Part shown: positions 25,633 to 39,300 of the stretch, piece by piece | How the letters are laid out: each line of letters opens with the position of its first letter | How positions within the stretch are numbered: position 1 is the first letter of the stretch | Source: Lama guanicoe | Taxonomy: Eukaryota | Length of the DNA stretch: 64,000 bases | Direction of reading: 5' to 3' | NCBI GenBank assembly: GCA_013239625.1 | Contig: MU054323.1 | Coordinates: 12,879,950 to 12,943,949 of the forward strand | Notes under the pieces: generated by a model | Told to the model about the DNA's origin: nothing | The model's database searches: none | Seen by the model: only the letters and a program-made list of their open reading frames with translations | Translations under genes and position numbers: made by a program

Positions 25633-26299
25633 CTGAGTACATTTAGAAAGAATGTTTTCTCAACTAAAATCATTATGATCTGCAGAGAAGAGTTTTAACA
25701 ATTTTCAATGTATTAACAATAAATTTGACAACACTAAAGAACAACTTTGAAATAGACAGCAGACAACTTTATGAAAAATTTAAAGTACTAAGATATTGAA
25801 ACAAAATTTATCAGAAAAGTATCGATGACATAGTATTAGCTATGACTAAGGAGCTGACTAAAGTATATGAATATCTACTAAGAAAAATTAATTTTAATTC
25901 TGTAATATATTATGGAAATATGCAAAGTCATAATATATAGCTTGTTTAATGTTCCTTTTGTTATTTTTAAATGGTCAGATAATCAGCATTTAAATTTTCT
26001 TTAATAAATTTTTATTTTTCAGTAAATAATTTTACTTTTGAAAATGGTTTTCTAGTAGAACCATCTTATAGATCCCCTGATATAGTAAAACCAATTTGTC
26101 GAGTAACAATTTGTTGGCCAACAAATAAGATCTTTTGAAAGTCATGTGATTTTAATTATTTTTTAATGCCTTGTTTCACTTTAAAAAGTATTGCAGTTTG
26201 AACGGTACATTATGTGGTGGCCTAACTGAGCATTATCAAGATCCTGCTGTGAACCAGCCCTGGATGTGGGGGTGAATTAGACCATGTCAGCCTATCAGC

Positions 26300-27200
26300 A
26301 GAGAGCAGACCGTTCCCCCTGGACAGTGATGTGAATAGAACTAGCTTGGGAAGGCCCTTACGTGCCCTTCCTCAGGATTAGCTAACCCAGAGATGTGGAA
26401 GTCTGTTGTGGTTTTAAATAAAAGAGTGATATGACAAAAGTGGCATTCTAGGAAGTTTAAATAAGGCATGAATGTCATGGATGAGTGACCGATCAGTGGC
26501 TTTAGCAGTGCGGATGAAAAGATAAAACAGGGTGAAGCTCACTATTAAGGAAAATTTTCTGGGACTTATTCACTAGATTGGCAGGACTGAGGCAGAGTTG
26601 GGAATCCAAGAGCATGCCAGTTTTCTCAGTTGTCTGATTTAAAAGGAAATGCCCCTATTGATAGGTGTAGAGAATTTGGGAGGAAGGGAAAATATCTTTG
26701 GTAGGGGAAGATGATGTGATTTTGAGTGTTGAATATGAAGACTTTGCTCTAAGTAGAGGTGGCTCATGGTCCACTGGGCATAGCGGCCTGAAGCCCAGTA
26801 GTGTGGTCAAGAACTGAGCTTGCAGATTGGGGCTTTTCCATGGAAGTAAGGTGGAGCCATGCAAGTGAACGAATTCTTTACAGAAGACTATATTGAAAGA
26901 GAACACAGGCAAAATCTTGAACTTTGGGCATCTCTAGCAGTTGGAGGAAGGCAGAAGAAATAGCACCAGTGAAATATGCTTCAAATAAAATATGCCAGAG
27001 TCTTGACAGGAGAGATAGAAGGACCCCCAAAGAGAGGATTCATGGAAACTTATAGGAAGAACAAATATCAGGAATGTGACAGGTAGTGATGCCGTCTAAG
27101 GAGGGTGAAGACAAGTTCGTTGGATTTGGAGCTCACTAATGACCTTCAAAGCTTCAGGAGGCTGAAGAGTGTGTGGCCGATGAGGAAATGGACGTAACAT
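26300..27200 (-). mobile_element. L2 remnant
   Basis: Purine-rich antisense L2-like sequence (cgttggatttgg...tgaccttca, gtgttgaatatg). Boundaries approximate. Confidence 0.55.
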
Positions 27201-27891
27201 TTATAGACTCTTCATTGAGCAAAGAAATGAGAGTCAAAATGTAGAGTATTGTCCCAAGGGGCAGAAGAGTCCAGTAAAACTTTTAAGTTACTGGGAACCT
27301 TTACATGGTTGAACCCCACGGATGACAGAGAGACTGAGTGATGTAAAGAGAAGGGGGATGATAACTGGGGCCTGTCTTTCTAGGGAAGAGTGGAATGAGG
27401 ACAAGGAATGAAAAGTGTTAGGTCTGGACACAGGAATCATGTTTCTAACGAGACAGGAAAGAAGGTGAGAGCATTAATAGTATAATAGCATTTTCTGTTA
27501 AGCATGTTCTGTGGTCTGAGCTAGAATATAAGTGTAAATAAACTCTTTATAAACCATTTTGAGGTATCGGCGGGGGGATGTGCTACAAAAGCCTCTTGCC
27601 CTGCTGTGGTTTATATGGGCCAAATGGAGAGAAGAGGCAGAATAACTGCCTGTGACTGGGGGTAGAGTCAGCAGACACCAGGCTTTGGGGGCCTAGTGAT
27701 GGCACTGGGACTGGGATGTGGGAAGGCTTGATGGAGACGTTATAAACTAGGAGAAACACTTGGAAATTGAATAGGAGGCAAAAATTAAGAAAACGTGTTT
27801 CAGGAAAGGAGACTAGCAGATGCAAAAAATGTAGCGAACAAAGATTTCTTGGTAACTGTAGCTTTTGATTTTTTATTTTTACATTCAGTTA

Positions 27892-28132
27892 TAATAATAA
27901 TACTAGCAGCTAACATTGAGGATTTACTAGGTGCCCAGTACTATTCTAAGCATTTTTCATATCTTTTGAATCCTCAACACAATCCCTGACGTATTTACCA
28001 TTTTGTCCCCTCATTTCACAGATGAGGAAACAGAGGGATAATTAATTTACACCAGACCCCACAGCTTATGTGATGGGTGGAGCTGCTATGTGAACTTGGG
28101 CTTTCTAGTTCTATAGCATCTACTCTTAACCT
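27892..28132 (-). mobile_element. MIR
   Basis: gcagctaacattgagg...aatcctcaacacaatccctga...catttcacagatgaggaaacagagg. Confidence 0.85.
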
Positions 28133-29940
28133 CTGCTGTTTTGCCTCTGGAGGATGTTGTCTGATGTTAGGAGGGACTGGCCATGTGGCTGAGATCAAGG
28201 TAGAAGTTATGGAAAGCCTTGAATACAAGACTGGGAGGTTTGAAGGTTTTTCTGCCTTTAATAAAGAACCAGCAGGGCTTTCTCATCAGGAGCAAAATGA
28301 AGTTATAACTTTGATGTTTTGCGACATTCCAGCACGTGACGGTGAGGGAGTCTCTGCAAGACCAGGGAGTTTGGGAGGAAGCAAGGCAGCCCTTTCCAGC
28401 TATGCTGCATGTAAGACCAGACTTCTGTGGTGTAATACTCTGCTAGAATTGTTCATTATCCTGAGAGCTTGTGCTCTTCCTTGATTTGTAGGGGTTAACT
28501 TTCTCTTTCCTTTCAACTTTTGAAAGAAAAAATGTTTTTATTTGAAACGGACAGAGTTTCTTTTGTGTCCTTGTGTTATTGTGGTAGAGAGATTCAAAGA
28601 GATTGGAGCTTACATTCCAGTGAAGAGATAGGATGAACATATGCGAATAATATGTAGAGAAAAAAGAGATTCCTTTTTGTTCTTCCTCTCTCATATTGGT
28701 AAGCAATAAAAAATGAAACTCTGAAGGTCTGACTTGCATCACTGCCAAGAAATACGAGCCCCACGATAACATCTGGGCTGTAGCTGGGGCGGAGGGAGTG
28801 GGGGGCAAAGCTTGGCTGCCATAGACCTGCCTCTGAATCCTGGTAAAATCCCAAAGTAAATCACTTCAGCTTCCTCTTTGGTCAAGTGGAGATATCATCC
28901 CTGCCTCAATTTGCTGCTGGGAAAATCAGAGCCAATGTGTATAAAGTGTCTAGCGTATTTCCTGGCCCGTAGGAAGTTCTCAGCTGTCGTAGATTTTTCT
29001 ATCCTGCCGTTGCAGTGTGGTAGAAAATCACTGTTACCCCATTCATGGCCAAAAAATAGGGAGATGCATCTAACAGGAGAGTCTCCTGCAGATGATCCGT
29101 GAACACCTGTGTTACCTCGTATTGTCAATTCTCTGGAAAGAGAGCAAGCACGAGAATCAGTGGTATCCAAATCTAGGACAGGAATTAGAGGAGGGAACTA
29201 AACAATTAATAGCCTATTTAGTAAAAGAAAAAAGTATGTATGAAATTTAATTGTTCCTATTTATTGAAATTTAGTTTAAAGGAAGACACTGAAATAGAGG
29301 GAACTTTGAGAGAGTGAGAGAAGCTGACATGTTAAGACTTGTGTTTCCTTGGGGAAGAGAACTTAGTATTTGGCAAATGAGAAATTTGATTACGAAAGAG
29401 TTGGTGGTGTATATATTTTTTTAAATATGAAAACTGAGTGTCAGTTTAGGAAAAGCTACTACCAAACAACGTTGATATCTTTCTTGGATTTGGCTTCGGT
29501 CATTTGCTGTTTAATGAAGCCACATTCAACTACTTATCTGCATTTGGGGTTGTGGGAAAGAGTCAGGGATGTGGAAAAGAGAAAATGGAGACAATAGCTT
29601 GGCTTCAGGATTCGAGTGTAACGCTTGACACTTTATTATATGGGACATCAGAAAAAGTCAGTCAGTCCTATAGGAAAATTAGTGAAAAAGAATGAAGCTA
29701 CTGATTATTCATTCATTCTACAGAAACCGTGAGGGGGAGGGGAATTTGAGTAGGAGGCCCACAGTTTAAGGAAGGAAATTGTAGTACATAAGCGAATAAC
29801 AACTACGGCAGATGTGCTTCAAGTACCCCTCCTTGTAAAACTTAACTGTGCAGTCGTGAAGTAACCCATGCCCGTTGTCTGGTGGACCTCGGAAGAGCAA
29901 ACCATTCAATTTCTATTTTGATTATTGGGTTATTGAAAAA

Positions 29941-30032
29941 ATTTTTAATTGAAGTATAATCAGTTACAGTGAGTCAGTTTCTGGTATATATAATGTCCCA
30001 GTCATCCATTTATACGTATATTCATTTTCATG
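29941..30032 (-). mobile_element. Short L1-type 3' end related to 8909-9025
   Basis: Shares tcagtta...tttctg...aatgtcccagtcat...tatattcattttcat. Confidence 0.7.
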
Positions 30033-31034
30033 TTTGATTGTTAAGTTTTAATAAGTGTCACAGTCGCTTTCTTCATTGCACGCCAGGAACCAGGAACCAT
30101 TTTGTGGCTTTAGGCATATCATTTCCTGTCTAGGTCTCATTTTTTTTCCCAGCCTCTTTTCAGTTGATTTCTAAGGCCTCTAATTGAATTGATTTCCTCC
30201 TGGTTCCTCAAACCTACTGATTCTAAATATTTTATTTGCATCATCAGTGTACTTGTTTTGCCACTAGATGGCACTGATGTATCTTTCAACCATGTCACCT
30301 CCAGGTTCTCAGTCTGGGGTCTGAAGGAGCCTTGGAGTTTTTGCTTAATCCACCCCCGTTTAACAACTGGGAAATGGAGACTCCGAGGTTAAGTGACATG
30401 GCCAAGTCACACAGGTCCTCTGAGCCTCTTGAATCCCAGTCATCTCTATTTCCCCTCTATTCCACTGTTTCTCTAGGGACTTTGTGAGAGAAATTCAAAG
30501 AAAGGTCATGTTCTCAACCATTCTGGCTTTTTGATAATTATTTTTTAAATAATTTTAAACCTTTTTTTCAGTACCTGTATCATCACATTCAAAGTAAGTA
30601 GCTGGCCTGCTTCTGTGTTGTCTTGGTTTCCTCAGAGAAAGAAGCTGGCTGTCAGCTTCTCAAGACCTCTGCCCTGCCTGCAGCTGGCCTGCCTTCGGTT
30701 TGCCCCGGAAATACGCTCCACAGACACCTCAGCCAGAGCCTCCCTGCCAGAGGACTGTCTTCCTCCACTCCTCCCAGTCCCTTGGTGGGAAGTTTGCCTT
30801 CAGCTTTCTCGTCCAGCTAAATGTGGCCGTCCGTTCTTGCTTCATCTTGTGCCCTTGCCTAATCAGGAGAGTTGGGTGCGGGGAGTAGCTAATGCCTTAG
30901 TTATTCAAAAATTGTTCTCCTGGGTTTTCTCTGCACATGTTCCCTGGACTCCCCCGCCCCCAACCTTTACTGGTGACAGGGATGGCACTGCCATAAATCA
31001 TGGCTGTGTGTGGGCAGAAGGGCGGACTGGGCGG

Positions 31035-31250
31035 CAGTGTGGCCACATGGGGAGGACCCGGGCTCTGGAATCATGCTGACTGGGCCTTGAACCTCACCTC
31101 TGTCACTGGCTGACTCAGTGGTGCAGGGTCACATCTTTAATGAGGGTAATATTTACTACCTTGTAAGGCTGTTGTGAGGAACAGAGGAGGTAGTGTGTGG
31201 AAAGCTCACCTTATCAGTGCTTGGCGCACAGAGCAGGTGCCCACTGAGTG
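31035..31250 (+). mobile_element. MIR
   Basis: gggctctggaatca...actgggccttgaa...gggtaatatttactaccttgtaaggctgttgtgagga. Confidence 0.7.
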
Positions 31251-31424
31251 CTGAGCATCCTGGCTGCTATTGCATGAGGAGGAACGGGGGTGACTGTAGT
31301 GCTTGAGACATGGGAGCCTGAGGGAGGCTCGGCCAGAGGAGCTAGTTTTTTTTAATGGAGAAGGAAAGGAGGGTTGCAGGTATGCCAGGGCCTATGTCAG
31401 TGTTTAGGAGAAATAGTGTAGAAC

Positions 31425-31712
31425 TATGCGGCCATGTGGGACAGTTGAGCTCTTGAAATGCGGCTGGTCCAAACTGAGATGTGCTGTAGTGTCAGAGATA
31501 CATCAAGTTTCAAAGACTTTGTATGAAAAAAAAAGAAGAATGTAAACTATCTCAATAATTTTGTATGTTGATAACATGTTGAAATGATATTTTGGATATG
31601 TAGAGTCAAATATGTTATTAAAATTAATTTCACCCATTTCTTTTTACTTTTTCAATGTGGCTACTAGAAAATGTCATGAGGCTAGCATTCTGTTTATGTC
31701 TGCTAGCATTGG
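31425..31712. mobile_element. MER33 (hAT-Charlie)
   Basis: cttgaaatgcggctggtccaaactgagatgtgctgta...ttattaaaattaatttcacc...aatgtggctactagaaaat. Confidence 0.85.
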
Positions 31713-32617
31713 GCTAGAAGATAGAGACCTTTGGTACCCAACCATGTACAACTTCAGTTGGGGGAAATCATGTGAGAAGTGAGAAGTGTTTGGGTTTTCT
31801 TTTTATTTCTTTTGAATTTTTTCTTTTATGATGTTCTGTTCTTAAAACCATGACCATTCTAAATCAAGGTGCCAGTCAGTGTTGGTAATATAGGTTAAGT
31901 AATAGTTTAAAATGAAAACAAGAAAACACGTATACCAAGTATTCTCCTTAGTCCCCGAAATTCCAAGAACCTCAACTGAGTATTATTGTATGAATGTATT
32001 ATTGATGGTTTAGTGGGTTATCCACCAGCAATTAGAAGATCTAGAGCTGTTTTTTTTTAAGCCATTTCATGATTTCAAAGACTAGGATGTGTGTAGAAGT
32101 CATCTCCCATCATAATTACATGTTATCTGTAGATGAAAACCTACCAGCAGTTAATGATCTTAGAATTTTTTTCAGATACACGCTATTAAAACAACTACAC
32201 AAATGAGCAAGAGTAAAAACAAGAGAACCATAATACTATATAGTAAATTAACATCTGCCTGATTCTTGTTAAATTTATTTAAGTTTTAAGACCTTGGGTA
32301 TATAACACTGGCTTGTTTAAAAAACTTAAATAGTAATCTCATCACCAACTTGTTTTAGAGCTGTAAGATAACTGCTAATTTCAGACATTTGTAACCTATG
32401 TCTTTTCAGGTGGATTGAAAAATAAAGTTTTTTATATCTTGAATTTACACTCACTTTTTTAATAACAACACACATGAAATAGTTTTGTGGGAAGTTTGTT
32501 CTTTGCTGATGCAGGAAGCATGCAGGGCACATGCATTTTGAGAACTTTGCAGACAATTCTCATTTTTTTTAAGTTAGTCCCAGAATGAAGTATCCCTCAT
32601 TCCAAGTAAACTTGCTG

Positions 32618-32801
32618 CCATAATTCATTGGGTATAAGATGCCATCAATTGTAAGAGGCACATTTATTTTATGTGCCACCTTGTAACAGAAAATAAAATG
32701 TTGCCAATAAAACTGTGACAAACTATTGGTTATTAAGATGCATCTATTTCAGAGATGTTGAATGGTGAAAAAAAGTGCTCCTTATAAATGGTGAAATATA
32801 A
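32618..32801. mobile_element. MER104 MITE (TcMar-Tc2)
   Basis: taagatgccatcaattgtaagaggcac...tttcagagatgttgaatggtgaaaaaaagtgc, about 180 bp. Confidence 0.8.
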
Positions 32802-32850
32802 TACACAGATTTTGAAACTCTCAACTTGGTTAGAAGTAAGATACCTTAGA

Positions 32851-33016
32851 GGGGAGGGTATAGCTCAAGTGGTAGAGTGCTTGCTTAGCATGCATGAGGT
32901 TCTGGGTTCAATCCCCACTACTTCCTCTTAAAATAAATAGACCTAGTTACTTCCCCCTACCAAAATAAAATAATTAAATAATACAATAATAAATAAAACA
33001 AAGCACTTAAAAAAAA
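32851..33016 (+). mobile_element. tRNA-derived SINE (Vic-1-like), full length
   Basis: A box tagctcaagtgg, B box ggttcaatccc, A-rich tail. Degenerate TSD agaagtaagatacctt/agaagtcagacagctt (13/16). Confidence 0.93.
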
Positions 33017-34434
33017 AGAAGTCAGACAGCTTGTTTCATGTATTGTTATATAAGTTAGCATCTGATTTTAGGCCCTCTCAGAATGAATCACATTTGGTGA
33101 GTGTGCTTTTGGGCATTGAAACTCTTTTCATTTGATTCTATAAATAACCAGACAAAAGCTAAGTGTAATGAACTAATTTTTAAGTTGCTAGAGCCCCTTG
33201 ATTCCGAGAAGTGAACTTCTAACTTAATTTCTACCTAGCACCCCTTCTTCTCCCAGCTCCCACCAAAGCACCCACCCTGTTTTCAGCCATTGCCTATCCC
33301 CCTAACCAAACCTCTTCTCCATAGAGGTTCCTGAGAGCAGTTACTATAGCCTCTTGTGAATTCAAGGCAAAGTGTTAAATTGCCCTAAGATGTTTACCTT
33401 CTAAGCCTTATCTCTAATTATCGTCTAAAAATCTTTACCTACTTAAAGAACTTTCAGGCCTCAATTATCCATATGGAACAAGCTTTATAGGAATGGTGGG
33501 GCAGTAAGGGCAGCCCCCTGCTCTGCCTCTGTAGAAGGCTCTGGACAAGATAACAGAGCACCTCGCTTCTTTCTCACTCTAAAGGGCTCAACCAAATCTA
33601 TCTGTTGGCTCACTGCCTTTGTCCTGGGAGTCAAAGAAAGTAAGAAAGTGGACTGCATTCTGCTGCTGGCCTTACTGACTAAATCTGAAAGGAAAGCAAA
33701 GCTGTAATGGCTGCATTTCTGACTAATTTCATTGAATTTTTATCGGTTTTATCTTCCTTTTGATAGAGTCTATTGAATTTTAAGGAAACCTGGTGGTGTA
33801 AAGAATTCTTCTAAATTTCAATAGCCACTTCCTAATTTACCTGTTTTCTAAATTTCTGTGTTTACAAATCTTACTGACTTAAGTCAGGCTTTCCCCTCTG
33901 AATGACTGTTTGGTAGTCCAGATTCTGAGCCCACTTCTAAATTTTTTCAGACACGCCTAAGCAGATACGTGCTAGGGCAGTTTGGCTCTTGGTTAAACTG
34001 CATAAGGACTTGTGGTCTAACTTGAAGATGGAAGCAAACATTTTTCTTCTCAAGTCTGTAATACATTCATCAGCTATGAACTTGCTGATACTTTGTATAC
34101 TTTTTACATAGTTGATGCTCAGTAAAAATGTTAGATGAATCCCCCATTTATAGTATCGAGATTTATCAACAGAGCTCTCCGTTGCTTTCCCGGAGTTGTT
34201 CAACACCAAGAATGGTCTTTCTCAGCAAAAGATGTGCAGTGATATTGTACATGTTTTCAGGGTTACATTAGCTTTGCAAATTATATGGAAAAATGCCACC
34301 TCCATTGCTAAGTTTCCTATGTGAGAACTAATATAAAATGTAGAGTATTTGTTACATAACCCTGCATAAATTTTTTAAAACAATAATTCAGCATTTTTAT
34401 TTAAAGGACATTTTATGTTTCTACATTGTAATAA

Positions 34435-34719
<285 letters not shown>

Positions 34720-34789
34720 TGAGTTATTTGAGTTGCACTGTAGTTCAGAACAGCAATTTCTACGAGTATGTAATTTCAGTTATGCAAGA

Positions 34790-34890
34790 GGGATGTACAA
34801 CATGGTGTCTACAGTTAACAGTACTGTATCATGCACCTAAAAATTTATAAAGAAGGCAATTTCATGTTAAACGTTCTTATCACAATAGAG
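34790..34890 (+). mobile_element. Old L1 3' end fragment
   Basis: tgtacaacatggtgtctacagttaacagtactgtat...tcatgttaaacgttcttatcacaata. Confidence 0.7.
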
Positions 34891-35231
34891 AGAGAGAAAA
34901 AAGAAAGCAAAAAAGAGGCAAACTTCCTATTATTCTATGTCCAAGAAAATAAATACCAGTTCCTTTAGTTTTGGAGGAAAGTATACATTGATAGATGGTC
35001 ACACCTTAAGGTATTTGATTTATAAATCTAGAAATTAATTTCTTCTTATAGTAGCTAAGTTATTAGTGGTTTTGCTTAGAAAATAATTTTGATCAAACAG
35101 TTTTTTAGCTAACAATATACTTTGCTGAAGTATATATAGCAAAGTGTCACATATACTTTGCTGTTCACTAACATGTACTGCCTCTGTTAACTGCATTTTT
35201 AGAAAGTTCTTTTAGTTTACAGTCTTTAAAT

Positions 35232-36365
35232 ATTTAACAGCTTTACTGAGGTGGTAAATAATTTACATACCATTTAAAGTGTACAATCCATTGATTTTTT
35301 TAGTATATTCAGAATTGTACAACCATCACCATAATCAATTTTAGAATGTTTTTATTATCGTAAAAAAAATTCTTATACCCATTAGCAGTCACTTCTCATT
35401 TCTCCCAAACCCCTTCCACCCTGACCCCTGACCCCCAGCTCCAGGAAACCACTGATGTACATTATGTCTCTATAGATTTGCCTATTCGGGACATTTTCTG
35501 TAAATGGAATCATACAATATGTGGTCTTTTGTAACTGGCTTCTTAATTTTTTCATGGTTCCTCCATGTTGTTGCATGTATCAATATTATCTTCCAATGAT
35601 ATTCCATTATATGGGCATATCACGTGTTATCAATCCATTCATCATTTGATGGGCATTTGAATTGTTTCCACTTTTTGGCTATTATGAATTATTCTCTTTG
35701 AACAATCATTAGCAAGTTTTTGTGTGGACATATGTCTCTATTTCTCTTGGGTATATACCTAGTAGTAGAGTTAACTGGGTCGTGTGTTCTGTGTTCAAAA
35801 TTTTGAGAAACTGCCAGACTGTTTTCTAAAGCATCGTTTTACATTCCCACTAACAGTGTGTGAAAGTTCCAGTTTCTCAGCATCTTTGTCAACACTTGTT
35901 ATTATCGTCTTGATTATAGCCATCCTAGTAGGTGGGATATTTCATTGTGGCTTCAGTTTGAATTTCCTTCATGGCTAGTGATGCGGAGCATCTTTCCATG
36001 TGCTTGTTGGTCATTTTATGTCATCTTTGGAGGAATGTGTATTGACATCCTTTGCCCATTTGGGTTATTTGTCTTTTTATGTTTGAGTTGTAAAAATTCT
36101 TTATATATCCTTGATACGAGTCCTATATCAGACATATGATTTGCAGATATTTTCTTTCATTCTGTAAGTCGTTTTTCACTTTCTTGAGAGTGTGTTTTGA
36201 GGTACGAAAGTTTTTAGTTTTTATAAGGTCCAGCTTATCTATTTTTTCTGCTGTTGCTTGTCCTTTTGGTTTCATATGGAAGAATCTATTTCCAGATCCA
36301 AGGTTATGAAGATTGCCTTATCTTTTCCTCTGAAGGTTCTATTGTTTTAGCTCTTACGCTTGTGT
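35232..36365 (-). mobile_element. L1MB-type ORF2 end plus 3' UTR
   Basis: Antisense L1 motifs gatgggcatttgaattgtttccactttttggctattatgaat and atatgatttgcagatattttct. ORF 35382..35576(-) QKTTYCMIPF. Confidence 0.9.
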
Positions 36366-36399
36366 CAGATCTGCTGTTAAGCCTATTCAGACTTAATCA

Positions 36400-36535
36400 G
36401 ACTCTGTGTGGTGGTGGATATTCAGTAAACTTATTGTGGTAGTCACTTCACCACATACAGATACATCAAATCATTACATAGTACACCTAAAACTAACACA
36501 GTATTATATCTCAATTACATCTCAATTTAAAAAAA
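36400..36535 (+). mobile_element. Short L1 3' terminus
   Basis: acttattgtggtagtcacttcac...atacatcaaatcatta...tcaattacatctcaatttaaaaaaa. Confidence 0.75.
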
Positions 36536-38158
36536 CCTAAACATCATTTCAGGTAATGTATTTTTTCAGTTCAAGGATTTTTATTTGGTTCTTGTTACAG
36601 TTTCCATGTTTCTTTTAAGAGATTGCTCATTGTTCCCTTAGTATCTTCATGTTTTCTTCAAATCTTTGATTATATTTATAACAACTGTTTTGAAGTTTTT
36701 GTGTGGTTATTCCAACATCTCTTTAATTTCTATCTGTTTCTATTAACCAATTTTTACTTTGATTGTGGGTGAATTTTCCTGCTTGTTTGCCTGTCTACCA
36801 ACTTTTTTTTTTAATTATTATATCCTACACTTGTGGATGCTATGTTGTTGAGTTTTTCGGTTTTGTTGTCTTCCCTTGAGGAAGGTAGAGTTTTATTTTG
36901 ATATTTGGTTAATTCATTTGTGGATCAGCTTGATTTTAAGCTTAGGGTGGGTCTGGAGTTGTCCTTATTCTAGAGTTGCAGTCACCCTTCCCTTAAGGTA
37001 TAACCTTTTGAGGTCTGAACTTAATCCCATAGGTGATCAATGAGAATTCTCCACTCTGGTTGGTTGGAACTTGAATAACTGCCAGCACTGTGTGACCTCT
37101 AGACTCTCCGTTCAGCTCACAGCTCTCTGGTCGTTGTTCTCCGTCTGTCTGTAAGAAGTTTTGCCCTGTACATGTACAGCTTACTAATCAGCCAGGGACT
37201 CAGGGAGATGCTTATTGAGATTCCTGAGCTTATTCTCTGCAAAATTTCTCATCCCTGATTTTTTGTCCTGCAAATTGAAGCCCTAAACGCTGCTCTTTTT
37301 CCCTTCGTCTCATTAAGACTTGCAATGCTGTGTTTGGTTTCTGCCATTCTGTGCCTCCTGATAAACGTGTAGGTTGCTTGACGAGACATCTCAACAGCCC
37401 TTCTCTCAAGGCTCACAATCCTGTGCTTCCCGTTGTCCAGCGTCTCAAAAACAGTTGTTGCCTAACTTTTGTTCCGTTTGTAACTTTCTGTGGTGATATA
37501 GCTGGCCTGGTACTAACTGTGCTATGTCTGTAAGCAGGGGTCCATTGCTGTTTAATTTTAAAATCATATGTATGGTATTTGAGAACTATATACTCTATAT
37601 TTTATAAAAGGTGGAACAAAGAGGAACATACATAATTTATATCTTTCTTTTGAGACTCAACATTTATACAGAGGTTTTAATTTATTTCTGTCATTACATA
37701 GAAGAATAGGTAGAAAAATATGTTTGATTGATGAAATACTTAGGCATAACACTGGAAAACACATACTCCTTTATTCTCCTATCTGATGAAAGATGACGGT
37801 AAAAAAGGAAAGCCTTTTAGGATAGAAACTCATGCTTTGAATTTGTAATAAATCTGTACATTGTATATATTACATTGTAAATTGTCCAGCTGTTTTGTTA
37901 ACTCTAAATTTGGAAATAAAATCTTAACTAAATTCCAAGTTATGATATAATAGTTATATCATTTTGTTGTTTTGTTTTTGTTCTAAATTATAAATGTTAA
38001 GTTTATTTAATTTTCTCGTATACTTTTAAATATACTTTTTTGAAAATCGTGATTGTAAAGAGCACATCTTAGACTAGGAAAATATATTATGTTTTTGGTT
38101 GTAACAATTATTATCCCTAAATGAGAGCAATCTATAAATGGGTTCTCTATCATTTCAG

Positions 38159-38211
38159 AATGCTGAAGCTTGGAACAATTTATCAACTTCCTATATCCGA
38201 TTAAAACAAAA
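38159..38211 (+). CDS. TTC27: TTC27 coding exon (approx. exon 15), 53 bp, phase 0-2
   Basis: catttcag|AAT...CAAAA|gtaagt. Encodes NAEAWNNLSTSYIRLKQ(K). Too short for the ORF track but links both neighbours in frame. Confidence 0.95.
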
Positions 38212-38504
38212 GTAAGTACCTCAGAAAAATATGAAGAACTTTGCTTCCAAAATAAATGAATGAGATTTTCTTCAACTGAACACTGAAACATTGTGCCTTA
38301 TGCTTTATCTTTTTCCCTCGCCTGCCCATATCTTTGAGTTAGAATGACTTAATATAGCCATCTGAATTCTAAATGTAGTTTATTTCTTAAAAACATTTAA
38401 TATGTAATAAAATAAGAAATATTATTTGTAATCTTTGAGACTGAAGTTTTGTATCCTAAATTTCATTGCATGATAAAAGCAAGCATGCCTTTAGCCAGTC
38501 AGCT

Positions 38505-39300
38505 CAACTGATAAATTCTTATTATTGATTGCTTACCATGCACTGGACATTACTGAGAAATATAAGAGTGAACCAATGTCTTCAGGGTGTATGGGTTTAG
38601 AAAATAAGATATTATACCATATTATTCTGAAAAATTGACTAATAATATAAGTGGTATGTAGTAAATGTCAAGTGAGAAATACAGAGAGGGCTATGATAGT
38701 AGCAGGTGATATTCATAGAACCCTTATTCTGAGCCACTCACGTAGTCCTGTGAGGATCTCAGAAGAGAGAAGGTGTATGATGCTCGGTCAGAAATGCTTC
38801 TGAGAGAAGGATGGATTCAAGCTAAAATTTGAAGAATGGGTAGAGGGGAGAGAGGAAAGTCTTTCAGCAAGAGGAGTGGGACCAAGTGCAGAGTGACAGG
38901 CACGAATGCCACACTTCAGGAGGCAGGAAGTAGAACAGTCCAGCTTGAGACTCTGGTGAGATTCACCGGGAGAGATGAGGTTGGAAAGGTCGGTTGGGGT
39001 CAAATGGCAGCGTGTTCTGATCATCTGACTAACTAGTTGAGACTATGCTGCTGGTAATAGGAAGCCAGAGATTTCAGTAGGGTAATTTCATAAAGAAAGA
39101 AGCTTTTTAGGAAGATTTATTTGGTGGCAGACGAGAGAGGAAACTGGAGGCTGGGAAGCCAGTTAGGAGACAGCTGTTGTAACAATCCAGGCAGGAGATA
39201 ACGAGACTGGAAGAAGAAGGGGCAGATGGAGGCCAGTTTATTAAGGGGACAACCAACTGGGCTTACTGACCGGCCAGAAAGCTAAGGAAAGGGAAGGGTG
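38505..39300 (-). mobile_element. L2 remnant
   Basis: ttattattgattgcttaccatgcactggaca at the 3' end; gaggctgggaagccagttaggagacagctgttgtaacaatccaggcaggagat. Confidence 0.75.

Larger units (their letters stand above)
21890..26223 (+). mobile_element. Fossil autonomous hAT DNA transposon (BLACKJACK-like), interrupted by four later insertions
   Basis: Decayed transposase blocks DAKFSCACMKSEVIAVNVLA (22970), ASFISVTSGASNRK (23065), FFHPIGGLKIKFL...SFSGDNKDTSYGG (about 23140-23310) and LSLPVISAH|LERMFSQLK across the L1 insert. MER81-like ends at about 21900 and 26170-26223. Confidence 0.8.

Noticed and set aside
22600..25830. Domesticated transposase gene
   Set aside because: Multiple stops, frameshifts, a substituted presumed catalytic residue and four interrupting insertions.
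30615..31079. 154-aa ORF, also 52426..52866 and 28077..28484
   Set aside because: No domain signal or flanking splice structure; they partly overlap decayed repeats.
32851..32920. tRNA gene (A/B boxes)
   Set aside because: Followed by a SINE body, A-rich tail and TSD, and repeated elsewhere: a SINE head.
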